Assembly (NCBI GenBank): GCA_030619905.1
Contig: JAUXAO010000001.1
Location: 48,348 to 112,347 of the forward strand
Direction: 5' to 3'
Length of the DNA stretch: 64,000 bases
DNA from: a bacterium
GTDB taxonomy: Bacteria; Patescibacteriota; Minisyncoccia; Minisyncoccales; CG1-02-41-26
Shown: positions 39,228 through 48,820 of the stretch, piece after piece
Position numbering within the stretch: the first letter of the stretch is position 1
Layout: each line of letters starts with the position of its first letter
The notes under the pieces: model-generated
What the model was told of the DNA's origin: nothing
Seen by the model: only the letters and a program-made list of their open reading frames with translations
Database searches by the model: none
Translations under genes and position numbers: made by a program

Positions 39228-40145
39228 TTAAATTTTTGTATTTTTAGTTTCTACTGGTTTAAATTCTTCCCAGCCAAAAATTTGGGGATATTCTTTCCAT
39301 GGACCTTCACAAATTTTGAAATATTTACATTTTGAACAGTTCGGACCTTTGAGTTTCCCTTCTCTCCTTCTATATTCGCCATAATCCTCAATAGACCATT
39401 CAGCATCATAGACCGACCCATTTGGGATTCCCTTTTCAGCAATATAATCTTCATAGCCTTTCATAAAACAATAAGGAATAGCTTCAGTCATTACTCTTAC
39501 CCCTGCATCTATACCAATTTGAAGACCTTTTCTAACATAAGACATTATTTTGGATTTTCGAGGAACAATTTCATCTATTAATTTTTTATTTTCTAAAAGG
39601 ATATGATTAATGTGGATAAAAGCGAATTGGAATTGGTCAACTCCTAGACTTACCAGAAGTTTTGCAATCTGGGGGAGATATCTATAATTAGGTTTGGTAA
39701 TCACCGTATTCATGAGAATACGTTGACCTAACGATTTAAGATTCTTTATACCGGTAGTACTCTGCTTAAAACTTCCAGGAACAGTAGTTAAACTATCGTG
39801 AAGTTTAGCATTATGACCATGTAGGGCTAAAGCAAATTCGTTAGCTCCTTTTTTAATTAAATTCTCACAAAACTTTTTATAAGCAAACATCCGTCCATTG
39901 GTCTGAATCTGAATTACCTTAAAATCTAATTCCTTTGCATATTTAACAAGATCTGGTAAGTCTTTTCTAATAGTTGGTTCGCCACCGGTAAAAACTAGTG
40001 CCTCATGTTTTTTCCGGGCCTCTCTTAAAATCCTTTTAATTTCTTTAGTAGTTTTATCAGGGTATTCCTCTCTTTTATTTCCTTGGACGCAAAATCGACA
40101 ACGATTATTACATTGAAAACCTACTTTTATATCTACTCTCTGCAT
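39228..40145 (-). CDS. Radical SAM protein (HxsC-related)
   Basis: CNNRCRFC, TGGEPT, IPYC, CSKCKYFKICEGPW. Confidence 0.9.
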   Translation of the reverse strand: MQRVDIKVGFQCNNRCRFCVQGNKREEYPDKTTKEIKRILREARKKHEALVFTGGEPTIRKDLPDLVKYAKELDFKVIQIQTNGRMFAYKKFCENLIKKGANEFALALHGHNAKLHDSLTTVPGSFKQSTTGIKNLKSLGQRILMNTVITKPNYRYLPQIAKLLVSLGVDQFQFAFIHINHILLENKKLIDEIVPRKSKIMSYVRKGLQIGIDAGVRVMTEAIPYCFMKGYEDYIAEKGIPNGSVYDAEWSIEDYGEYRRREGKLKGPNCSKCKYFKICEGPWKEYPQIFGWEEFKPVETKNTKI

Positions 40146-40154
40146 ATTTAAAAA

Positions 40155-41213
40155 TTATTTAAATAATTGCCAGCATTGAGGGTCTGGCAAAAATTGAGGA
40201 TCTTCCAAGTAAGAATCTTTCCAGTATCCATAACTTACACATTTAGCTCCTCCTTGACATTTATCAAAATAAGTACAACTTTGACAACGAGTGTTTATAT
40301 TCCTTGGATTTCTTAATTTTTTCAATTCTTCAGATTTATAGAATATTTCTTCTAAAGATTGTTTTAAAACACTACCAACATAAATTGGCAATCTCCGGCA
40401 GGGATAAACATCACCATTTGGTAAAATTGTCAAAGAAGAGTATCCAGCTACACAGGTATTTGCCTTATATCCTTCCTGGGCTAAAATTCCATCTTCGCAA
40501 CCTATGCCTACACTCAGTTTCGATTTCTGATTGATTAACTTTCTATTAGTTTTCAGAAGGGAGAGATACAATCTTTTTGTCTCTTGAGGAGAAAGGATTA
40601 ATTTCTTCATTTCTTCTCCTCTGCCAAGAGGAATGAATCTTCTTAATCCTAGACTATTTACTCCTAACTTTCTAGCCAGTTCAATTAATAAAGAAATATC
40701 TCTTAAATTCTGTTTAGTCACTGTTACTGAAATACCCGTATTAATTCTATTTTTAACTAGTAATTCTATTGCTTTTGCTATTTTTTTAAAAGTTCCTTTG
40801 CCCCGAATTTCATCATTTTTCTCTCTCATGCCTTCTAAACTTACCTGAGCATAATCAATCTTGAATCTGTTAAGTTTAATTATTTTCTTATCGTCAAGTA
40901 ATATACCATTAGTAAGGATTCCATATCTAGTTTTTTCTCTATTTTGGTAACATTTCTTCAGAAATTCAAAAAAATCATCTCTGAGCAATGGTTCGCCACC
41001 AGTAATAGAAATTCTTGATTTGTCGCAGGGAAGGTTCCATTTTTTTAGAAGTTTCATGTAATTATCAAGAATTTCAAAAAGCTTACTTAAAAAAAGCTCA
41101 TTTTTCAAAAATTTCTCATCAAAATAACAATGCTTACAGGACAAATTGCATCTTTCCGTAATATGCCATTGTAGATGGAAAGAATCTGGTTGATATTGAG
41201 ATTCAGTAAACAT
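40155..41213 (-). CDS. Radical SAM/SPASM domain protein
   Basis: QWHITERCNLSCKHC; SPASM CVAG..GDVYPC..CQSC..CQGG.KC..DPQCW; ATG at 41213 preferred. Confidence 0.92.
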   Translation of the reverse strand: MFTESQYQPDSFHLQWHITERCNLSCKHCYFDEKFLKNELFLSKLFEILDNYMKLLKKWNLPCDKSRISITGGEPLLRDDFFEFLKKCYQNREKTRYGILTNGILLDDKKIIKLNRFKIDYAQVSLEGMREKNDEIRGKGTFKKIAKAIELLVKNRINTGISVTVTKQNLRDISLLIELARKLGVNSLGLRRFIPLGRGEEMKKLILSPQETKRLYLSLLKTNRKLINQKSKLSVGIGCEDGILAQEGYKANTCVAGYSSLTILPNGDVYPCRRLPIYVGSVLKQSLEEIFYKSEELKKLRNPRNINTRCQSCTYFDKCQGGAKCVSYGYWKDSYLEDPQFLPDPQCWQLFK

Positions 41214-41311
41214 TTTCTTATAATAACACACTAGTCCTATTCTGAGAAATATTTTTTGGATTATACTTTCAAAATAGAAAATCCCTTGCCAAAACAAACT
41301 GACAAGGGATT

Positions 41312-42502
41312 TTAATCACGTCCTACTATTTTTGAGAGACATCTGATTGATCCGCCAAATTTGGTAATTCCCATACCTATTTCTACTTCTTTTACTCTAA
41401 AACCTAAAGATTCGTAAATTTCTATTGCCTTCTTATCTAGTGACTCTATCCCGTATATTGGTAAATACACAACTTTTTCCTTTCCTTTTTCTTCAATTAG
41501 AACATTATTATATGTAATAAAATGAGCAAATCTCCCGTGCAAAATCTGAGTAGAATAAATAACTCCAAAGTAAGGTATTCTTATTACTCGAAATCCCTGA
41601 TTTTCAAGTTTATCTTTTGCCTTCTCTAGTGCTCCAGAGATATCTTCGGAAAGATTTAATTCAATCTGTTTTCTAAAAATCGGTGAATCAAGAATTGAAG
41701 GATCACCTGTTTTAAGCAATAAATCTACTGCTAATCTTGAATCTCCTAAAAGCAGAGTCTTCTTTCCGATTGGAGTTAAATACATATCGATATGATCAAA
41801 TGGGGCTCTATGATTCTTGTCTCCAATGATAACCACATTTTTACCAAACATTTCTTCTAATTTCTGGATGATTTCTTGTTCATCTAATTCTAATCTACTA
41901 TTTTCCTCAATCAGAGAATATCCTATGAATACATTTCTATCATTAGATACGATGTTCCCGCCATCGAAATCTAGATCGGATACAATACTTGTCATATGAG
42001 GATATGTTTCAGATAAAGCCCTTGAAACCGCTGAATACCTTTCTGATGCAGGCACTATAAGTGTAATTCCTTTATCTTTGTTTTTAACAATAACATACCC
42101 ATCTTGTCCCCAAGGAGAAAGTTTTTCCTCGCTTTCTGGAATCAGTAATGTTCTAATAGTATTGTGGATATTCCATTTGTCTTTTATTATTTCGGGCAAT
42201 CTTTCAAAATACGACTGAGATTCGGTAATTATAGTTATCTCTACATTACTATCAAGTTCTTCTAGTATCGATCGGAAGTAACTTAGTGAGACAGACCAAA
42301 AATAATTGTTTTTTGATTGTGGAATCTGAAATACAATGTGTTGAATTTTACCTTGATTGTCTGATAATATCTTCTCTGTTTCATATCTCCGAAAAATAAG
42401 GTCTGCAAATCCGGGAACGGTCTCATTCAAAACGACCAATAAGATTATCAAAAAAATCAACGAAACTACCAAAAATGATTGTCTCTTCATCTTTTTCACC
42501 AC
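41312..42502 (-). CDS. Membrane-anchored peptidyl-arginine/agmatine deiminase-like protein (pentein fold)
   Basis: N-terminal TM; PWGQD, FDGGN, HIDMY, TYNN, GGSIRC catalytic motifs. Confidence 0.8.
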   Translation of the reverse strand: MVKKMKRQSFLVVSLIFLIILLVVLNETVPGFADLIFRRYETEKILSDNQGKIQHIVFQIPQSKNNYFWSVSLSYFRSILEELDSNVEITIITESQSYFERLPEIIKDKWNIHNTIRTLLIPESEEKLSPWGQDGYVIVKNKDKGITLIVPASERYSAVSRALSETYPHMTSIVSDLDFDGGNIVSNDRNVFIGYSLIEENSRLELDEQEIIQKLEEMFGKNVVIIGDKNHRAPFDHIDMYLTPIGKKTLLLGDSRLAVDLLLKTGDPSILDSPIFRKQIELNLSEDISGALEKAKDKLENQGFRVIRIPYFGVIYSTQILHGRFAHFITYNNVLIEEKGKEKVVYLPIYGIESLDKKAIEIYESLGFRVKEVEIGMGITKFGGSIRCLSKIVGRD

Positions 42503-42564
42503 CTCTTTTATTTTTAATTTTCTGAAAATAAGAAATTCTTATATTTTCTTATTTTCCAATCTCT

Positions 42565-42593
42565 ATTATAGCGCAAAATTAAACTGATGTCAA
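42565..42593 (-). promoter_or_regulatory. Consensus sigma70 promoter upstream of the deiminase-like gene
   Basis: Exact TTGACA-17 bp-TATAAT on the minus strand. Confidence 0.8.
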
Positions 42594-42669
42594 GATTCTA
42601 TTTTTCAATTAAAGGAATTCTTGTTTAAATCAATCTGCTGAGAAGATAATATGCTTTATTTTGATATAT

Positions 42670-43599
42670 CTATCTGCTCTGATTAAGATCCTTAATTTCG
42701 ACAATAGGGTGATAAAAATCATCTTCTGTCTTAATGGGTATCTTTTTTCTAATAGGTATAAATTCTTTACCTCCTACTAATTTTAAATAATCTTTATGAA
42801 TACCTAAACAATATTTTTTGTATAAGCATTTATTACAAGAAGGTAAAAAAGTAACCTCATCTTTACGCAGAGTTCTCCAATGATATTTCCATAAATTAAA
42901 ATCAATAGTGCATAAAGGGAAATGATATAAGCGAAGCTCTTTAAATTTTTTTTCCCATTTTTCAAACAAAGGTGGTAAATACTTTCTAATCTCTTTATAG
43001 GTAATACCCACCGTTTTAAAGTTCTCTCCGCATACCCCTTCCATCTCTTGAAAAAGGAGTACTACCCGGTCAACTGAAGGAAACTTATTTATTACTAAAT
43101 TAAGTATTTTATCTAAATATTTGTAATTTTGTCTGATAAGAATTATTCTTATTTCCAATTGGTGAGAATCGTTTTTATACTTCAAAACATTATGAATACC
43201 GGCTATTGTCTGGTTGAAGCTTCCTTTGACCCTAGTAATATTATCATGCATTCGAGCATTATAACCATGGATAGCTATTTCAAAAATAACATCATTTATA
43301 AAAAAACATTCTCTAGCGAATTTCGGATAACAAAACATCCTTCCGTTGGTGGCTACAACAACCTTCGTTTGGGGAAATTGTTTTCTGAACCATTTGAGTA
43401 ATCTTAAAAAATCGGGGTGAATAGTTGGCTCCCCTCCAGAGAGGTTAATTGTCTCTTCAATCTTCCCAAAAGATTTAATGTTCTGAATAATCTTTTCAAA
43501 CCTAAGAAGATCCGAATCTATTTCATTCTGAAAATTTGGAGAATTGGTGCACATTACGCAATTATTATTACATTTATTCCAAATCGAAATATCAGGCAT
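42670..43599 (-). CDS. Radical SAM protein, HxsC-like (paralog of 33299-34237)
   Basis: MPDISIWNKCNNNCVMC, HFPLCTID, CNKCLYKKYCLGIHKDY. Confidence 0.9.
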   Translation of the reverse strand: MPDISIWNKCNNNCVMCTNSPNFQNEIDSDLLRFEKIIQNIKSFGKIEETINLSGGEPTIHPDFLRLLKWFRKQFPQTKVVVATNGRMFCYPKFARECFFINDVIFEIAIHGYNARMHDNITRVKGSFNQTIAGIHNVLKYKNDSHQLEIRIILIRQNYKYLDKILNLVINKFPSVDRVVLLFQEMEGVCGENFKTVGITYKEIRKYLPPLFEKWEKKFKELRLYHFPLCTIDFNLWKYHWRTLRKDEVTFLPSCNKCLYKKYCLGIHKDYLKLVGGKEFIPIRKKIPIKTEDDFYHPIVEIKDLNQSR

Positions 43600-43729
43600 G
43601 ATACAATTAAATAATTTATTTTATTACTTTTAGCTCTTTATCTCCGTAATGTTTTAAATATTCCTTCCAAATTCCTTCACATTTATCGTATAATTTACAA
43701 GTTCGGCATTTTTCTGTTTTACCTTTAGC
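43577..43729. repeat. 153-bp direct repeat, copy 1 (copy 2 at 45015-45167)
   Basis: Colinear match at constant offset 1438 covering an rSAM 3' end, the intergenic spacer and the MPxISIW start. Confidence 0.9.
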
Positions 43730-43732
43730 AAT
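43616..43732 (-). pseudogene. Orphan 3' fragment of a radical SAM gene
   Basis: IAKGKTEKCRTCKLYDKCEGIWKEYLKHYGDKELKVIK*, nearly identical to the C-terminus of 45054-45995. Confidence 0.85.
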
Positions 43733-43765
43733 GATAATGAAAATCAATAATTTTTTCCATATTCT

Positions 43766-44821
43766 TTAAATCCAACACATCGGGTCTGTTTCCAAATAAT
43801 CATCTCTTAAATTATGTGCCGTTCCTCTGCAACCACCACAAATATTTCGTTTTGGACATTTTCTACATTTACCCTTTAAATTATCTCTATTTCTTAATTT
43901 AAGAAAAAGTTCTGAGGTTAGCCAGAGATTTTTCAAATTATCCTTTCTCACATTCCCAACTTTAATCATTAATACAGGACAAGGAGTCACATCTCCAGTT
44001 GGAGTTATACATAAGCTCGTAACTCCTGCTCCACACCCACCATAAATACTTTTATAGGGACTCTTGGGATAATCGGGATCTAACAAACACTTTAACGGAT
44101 CACCGGTGCTAATTAACAATTTTCCCTCTAATTTTTTTTTATTTCTGTAAATCAATTTAAGTATTTTTTTGTTTTGTTCTTTAGTTAACGCTAAATAGCG
44201 ATTTTTTGCTCCTCTTCCAGTGGGAATAAATCGCTCCAAAGACAAGGCATTAACTTCTAATTTTAAAGCTAATTCAAAAAGTTTTTCTATTACAGGGCTT
44301 GTTTTTGTTAATGATGTTATAACTGAAACCATTGTAACTCTCATACCTTCTTTCTTGGCAATCTTAATTCCCTTAATTACTTTTCTAAATGTACCCTTTC
44401 CTCTTATTTCATCATTTAATTCAGCTGTGGGTCCATCAATACTGAAATGCATTTCTTCCATTCCAGCTTCTTTAAGTTTTTTTATAAGTCCCTTTGTAAC
44501 AATCGTTCCGTTAGTTGCTGTAGAAACTCGCAATCCAGCTTCAGAGGCTTTCTTTGTGTATTCTATGATGTGCTCATGCAACAAAGGTTCTCCACCTGAA
44601 AAAAAAAGCATCTTTACACCAGCTTCTATTATTTGATTAAGTACTTTTAAGCATTCTTCATGACTTAGCTCATCTCTCAGAGCTTTTCCGGAAAAAGAAC
44701 AGCATGTTTTGCACATTAGATTACATTTATGAGTAATTTCCCACACAACCATTATTAAACTATATTCCCTTTCTTTATTAACCATGTTTAAAAAAGTGTC
44801 AATTATTTTTTTACTTGCCAA
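43766..44821 (-). CDS. Radical SAM/SPASM domain protein (PqqE/NirJ-like)
   Basis: WEITHKCNLMCKTC; GCGAG..GDVTPC..CRKC..CGGCRG..DPMCW. Confidence 0.92.
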   Translation of the reverse strand: MASKKIIDTFLNMVNKEREYSLIMVVWEITHKCNLMCKTCCSFSGKALRDELSHEECLKVLNQIIEAGVKMLFFSGGEPLLHEHIIEYTKKASEAGLRVSTATNGTIVTKGLIKKLKEAGMEEMHFSIDGPTAELNDEIRGKGTFRKVIKGIKIAKKEGMRVTMVSVITSLTKTSPVIEKLFELALKLEVNALSLERFIPTGRGAKNRYLALTKEQNKKILKLIYRNKKKLEGKLLISTGDPLKCLLDPDYPKSPYKSIYGGCGAGVTSLCITPTGDVTPCPVLMIKVGNVRKDNLKNLWLTSELFLKLRNRDNLKGKCRKCPKRNICGGCRGTAHNLRDDYLETDPMCWI

Positions 44822-44931
44822 TTATTACTACAAATTTGCCTTTGATTTTACTACTAATTTTATCTTTCTAAATTTTTCCAATTACTCTCTTAATAGTGCA
44901 TTGGCAAATTATTTTAAATTTTCTAATCAAT

Positions 44932-45037
44932 TTACGGTTGGACAATATAATTCTGGACATTATCTGGATCTAACTTAGAAGCTTTACTAAAATATTCTTC
45001 AACTTTTTCTAAATTTCCAAATAGAAATGTTAGGCAT
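44932..45037 (-). pseudogene. Fused remnants: HxsC-like 5' stub and a TPR fragment
   Basis: MPNISIW stub (start 45037) joined out of frame to FGNLEKVEEYFSKASKLDPDN. Confidence 0.65.
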
Positions 45038-45167
45038 GATACAATTAAACAATTCATTTTATTACCTTTAACTCTTTATCTCCGTAATGTTTTAAATATT
45101 CCTTCCAAATTCCTTCACATTTATCATATAATTTACAGTCCTGACATTTCTCCGTTTTGCTTTTAGC
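45015..45167. repeat. 153-bp direct repeat, copy 2
   Basis: Matches 43577-43729. Confidence 0.9.
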
Positions 45168-45995
45168 TAAATTTATTCTTGATTTTTCCACATTTAAATT
45201 AGTAAAATCTGGAGCAATATGTTCGGTACGGAAAATTTTCAATTCTTCTAATTCGCTTATCTGGTCTAAATAATCTCTAAAATAGCAAAGGGGAACATAT
45301 CGAATATGCCAGTGAGAAATATTATTTTTCCTCCCGATATCTAAACATTTGTGAGCATAGGGAGCTACTTCCGAAATTCGTGGGACAATTTTATCAAAGT
45401 TATCAAAGGCCGCTCCACAAGTTGGATCAACAAAAATAAACTCAGAATCTTTAAATCCTAAATTTAAAAGAAACTCTCCAATTTGAGGAAGATGTCGATA
45501 ATTTTGTTTAACTATAACAGTGTCTGAACCGAGATAAATATTTTTCAGTCTTAGTGCTTTTATATATTTTTTTACGTTTTCTAAACCTTTCTTTAATTTT
45601 TCGAAACTGCCAAGAACTTGTGTCAAAGAATCATGGAGTTCGGCTGTTTCACCATGAATAGAGAAAATAATGTTGTTCAGACCTGCTTTTAATATTTCTT
45701 TGGTAAAAGTTTCATAATAAAACATCATCCCATTAGTTGGAATAGTCATAACTAAAAACCCTAAGTTCCTAGCAAATTTTACTAAATCAATAATATCAGA
45801 CCTAATAGTCATTTCTCCTCCATTCAATTCTATGTAATCGGACCCTTTTTTTCTTGCTTTTATCATCTCTCTTTTTATTTCGTCACTAGTCTTGTCTGGG
45901 ATATCTCTCTTATTGGAATTAAGACAAAATAAACAGTGACAGTTACACCTATATCCAGCAATGATTACTGTTCTTTTTATTTTTTTTCTCTGCAT
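45054..45995 (-). CDS. Radical SAM protein (paralog of 34474-35427)
   Basis: GYRCNCHCLFC, SEFIFVDPT, IRYVPLCYF, TEHIAPDF shared with the paralog. Confidence 0.9.
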   Translation of the reverse strand: MQRKKIKRTVIIAGYRCNCHCLFCLNSNKRDIPDKTSDEIKREMIKARKKGSDYIELNGGEMTIRSDIIDLVKFARNLGFLVMTIPTNGMMFYYETFTKEILKAGLNNIIFSIHGETAELHDSLTQVLGSFEKLKKGLENVKKYIKALRLKNIYLGSDTVIVKQNYRHLPQIGEFLLNLGFKDSEFIFVDPTCGAAFDNFDKIVPRISEVAPYAHKCLDIGRKNNISHWHIRYVPLCYFRDYLDQISELEELKIFRTEHIAPDFTNLNVEKSRINLAKSKTEKCQDCKLYDKCEGIWKEYLKHYGDKELKVIK

Positions 45996-47811
45996 ATTTT
46001 GTAAGACTATTTTTATAATCTTTAAATATCTGTTTCCTATCAGAGTAATCGCTTATTTTTTTAGTACTCCAGATTCCATTACAAAATTTAATTTTTTTGT
46101 TTTGGACAGTAAATAATTCTAAACATTCATAACAGTCTTTAGGAATTTTGTAGTTCTGAATAATCTCTCTATGTCTTAAGCCAAATAGACGTTTAGGAAG
46201 AGGCTTGGTCACTTTAAAAAATACTTTATTCTTCTTGAGATTGGAAAGAAAAATTTCCACCTTTTTTCCGGTTTCAATATTTAAATCATTCTTGAAAAAG
46301 TTGAAAGAAAGTAAAAGTAACTTTGGCTTATAGTCTTTATTTTTACAGGATAATATTTGTTTTAATAATAAACTTAAGTCTTTTTGGGCTAGATTAATTT
46401 TAATTAAGGAACTTTTCTCCATTAAATTTCCATCTGTTTCCATTAACTCGAATTTGTTGAAATACATAACGAAAAATAACGCTGATTTCTTCCGTTCAAA
46501 AAAAGGTTTTATTCCCTCCCAATATTTCTCAGCACGATAAAGTATATATTTTTTGGATACCTTTCTCGTAAATAAACAATCTTCTTTGGATGGTTTAAAT
46601 ATGTTTTTTGTTACTCTCAACGCTCGTGAAGGACAACTCCCCCCGCAATTCCATTTTAAAAAACAATCATGACATTTTCTCATATTATTTACAGTTCTCC
46701 TTTGTAAGTATTTAACTTTCTTTTGGTTCAAAATGAACTTGTTATTCTTTTTATCGTATTTCCCATAAATGAAAGGGGACTTTTCATGCGATTCGCCTAG
46801 ATAATCATCATAACATGCGCTGATAAAACCGTCCGTAGTCAACATAAAGTTAGGGATAGAACAATCACAATAAATATTTCTTTTACAATAAATGTTAAAG
46901 AAAACGTTTTCTTTTAGATAAATATCAAGCTCTTCTGCTAATTCTCTCGCAGCCAAAAACTCATTAATGTATGTGTCAAAATCTGGACGCTGAGTGAATA
47001 GACTTGTTGTTTGATCGCTCCTGCCCATTTTAAACAATGGCGAAAAATGTATTTGATTTATACCTAATCTGCGCAAATATTCTAATATTTCCTTCTGTCT
47101 TTCGACTGAATATGCTGTAATAGTAGCTCTAACAAAAAGATTAATATTAAATTTTGAAAGAATTTTTATTGTCCTTTCTATAAAATGACTAGTTTGCTTT
47201 CCATTTTTAGACGGCCTCTGCTTGTCCTGTACAGATGGGGGACCATCACAGGAAATTGAAACCCAATCCATATTTTTTGCCAGCCATAAAGCAGTTTCTT
47301 TTGCAAATACTCCATTTGTTTGAATACCAAAATAAGCTCTTTCTACTCTCTTTCTGGCATAAGCCACTATTTTTTTGACCAATTCTATTCTGACAGTAGG
47401 TTCTCCACCTCCTTGAAAACGAATGCAAAGACTTTTGGGATTCTTTCTAAGTTTTAAGAAAAAATCAATACTTTTTTTTGCTAATTCTAAATTTATATTA
47501 ATCTTTTTTTCTCCTCCTCTGGCATAACAATACTTACACTTTAAATTACAATTCGTCGTTGGGAAAATAAACATTAGAGTCCTAGGACCAAAAGATTGAT
47601 TATCCGGAATTGGCAAAGTATAAGAAACATTTCTATTTTTAATATTTCCTAATTTATTATTAAATAGAAAAACTCTGTTTAGTAAAGAACTATAAAAAAT
47701 ATAACCATCTTTAATTCGGCCTATTCTATGTAAATCCGGCTTAATTCTAATTTTATCATTGAGATTTCTTAGTTTCGAGTTGTCGATTAAATCAAATTTT
47801 TTTGTTTTCAT
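45949..47811 (-). CDS. Radical SAM/SPASM protein with a Cys-containing C-terminal extension
   Basis: CNLKCKYC, GGGEPT, CHDCFLKWNCGGSC; extra domain with PKDCYEC..FCNG. Confidence 0.9.
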   Translation of the reverse strand: MKTKKFDLIDNSKLRNLNDKIRIKPDLHRIGRIKDGYIFYSSLLNRVFLFNNKLGNIKNRNVSYTLPIPDNQSFGPRTLMFIFPTTNCNLKCKYCYARGGEKKININLELAKKSIDFFLKLRKNPKSLCIRFQGGGEPTVRIELVKKIVAYARKRVERAYFGIQTNGVFAKETALWLAKNMDWVSISCDGPPSVQDKQRPSKNGKQTSHFIERTIKILSKFNINLFVRATITAYSVERQKEILEYLRRLGINQIHFSPLFKMGRSDQTTSLFTQRPDFDTYINEFLAARELAEELDIYLKENVFFNIYCKRNIYCDCSIPNFMLTTDGFISACYDDYLGESHEKSPFIYGKYDKKNNKFILNQKKVKYLQRRTVNNMRKCHDCFLKWNCGGSCPSRALRVTKNIFKPSKEDCLFTRKVSKKYILYRAEKYWEGIKPFFERKKSALFFVMYFNKFELMETDGNLMEKSSLIKINLAQKDLSLLLKQILSCKNKDYKPKLLLLSFNFFKNDLNIETGKKVEIFLSNLKKNKVFFKVTKPLPKRLFGLRHREIIQNYKIPKDCYECLELFTVQNKKIKFCNGIWSTKKISDYSDRKQIFKDYKNSLTKYAEKKNKKNSNHCWI

Positions 47812-48272
47812 TATATTAAATACTAAAAAACATTAAAACTATTATTCTCTCTATTCTTTTTATCTATAGAATTTCTAAATATTCATACTAATAGATTTTA
47901 TGATACTTCTTTTTGAATCGAATTCAATAGACTTGAACCGATAAAAAAATGAACCTGCAGATACGACCGTTATTATTTTATTTTTAGGATCACCAGAATT
48001 TGTAGGAAGTGAGAAATTTATTATAGTAATATCTTTTTTCCTACTCATAATTTATTTATCTTTTATAACTATATCTAAAAAATACTTTATAAATAATTAA
48101 TAACTATTTCCTCCTAAGATGATAGTTATGTCCATCAGAAATACTTTTTACTTAAATAAAAAATAAACACTTAATTTCTTCATCGTTGGATTTGATAATA
48201 AGTGTAAAAACTTGAGATAACTTTTTCAATTTTTGCTATAAAATGCTTACGAGATCAATTACCTTAGAGATG

Positions 48273-48818
48273 TTATTCTATAATCAATTTTAGCTCGGCT
48301 ATAATGGAATTAAACATTCCAACTAATAAATCGTCGTCTTTCGATACAGCAATGGCTTGGTCTCTACCAGGATAGACTGGTTCTGTAAAAAGTATTAGTT
48401 CTTTTCTTTCCTCTGAAATTGTTAAGTCAAAAATTGCATCGCATTTTCTTTCGCTCAGAGCAGGGATAATTTTAGGCCAAGGAACATAATAATAGGTAAT
48501 CTTTATGCCTAATCCTTCTTCTATTGCTTCAGCAATATCTTTATACAATACAGAAGGCACATAGAATCTATCTTGACAGATAGTTATTTCTTTTTTCACA
48601 GCAATATCAGAATTCTCTTTTAACCAACTAACCAATAATTCTTTCTGTTGACCTTCAAGACTAAAATCTAACGGCAGGAATTTCTCTCTGACCTGAAGAT
48701 CTGTTTCAGGAGGAAGATTATTATTAGAAAGAGAAAAATAAATGACACAGCCTAAAACTGCTGAAATAATAATCAAGATAACAAGTATTTTCTTATTTCT
48801 AAAATTAAATAATTTCAT
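48273..48818 (-). CDS. Membrane-anchored substrate-binding (family 3-like) domain protein, truncated architecture
   Basis: N-terminal TM; DIAEAI..LGIK..VPWPKIIPALSERKCDAI..TISEERKE..FTEP. Confidence 0.7.
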   Translation of the reverse strand: MKLFNFRNKKILVILIIISAVLGCVIYFSLSNNNLPPETDLQVREKFLPLDFSLEGQQKELLVSWLKENSDIAVKKEITICQDRFYVPSVLYKDIAEAIEEGLGIKITYYYVPWPKIIPALSERKCDAIFDLTISEERKELILFTEPVYPGRDQAIAVSKDDDLLVGMFNSIIAELKLIIE

Positions 48819-48820
48819 TT

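Noticed and set aside
44784-44978. Plus-strand 64-aa ORF within the cluster
   Set aside because: Opposite to the operon. The region is better explained by minus-strand gene remnants.
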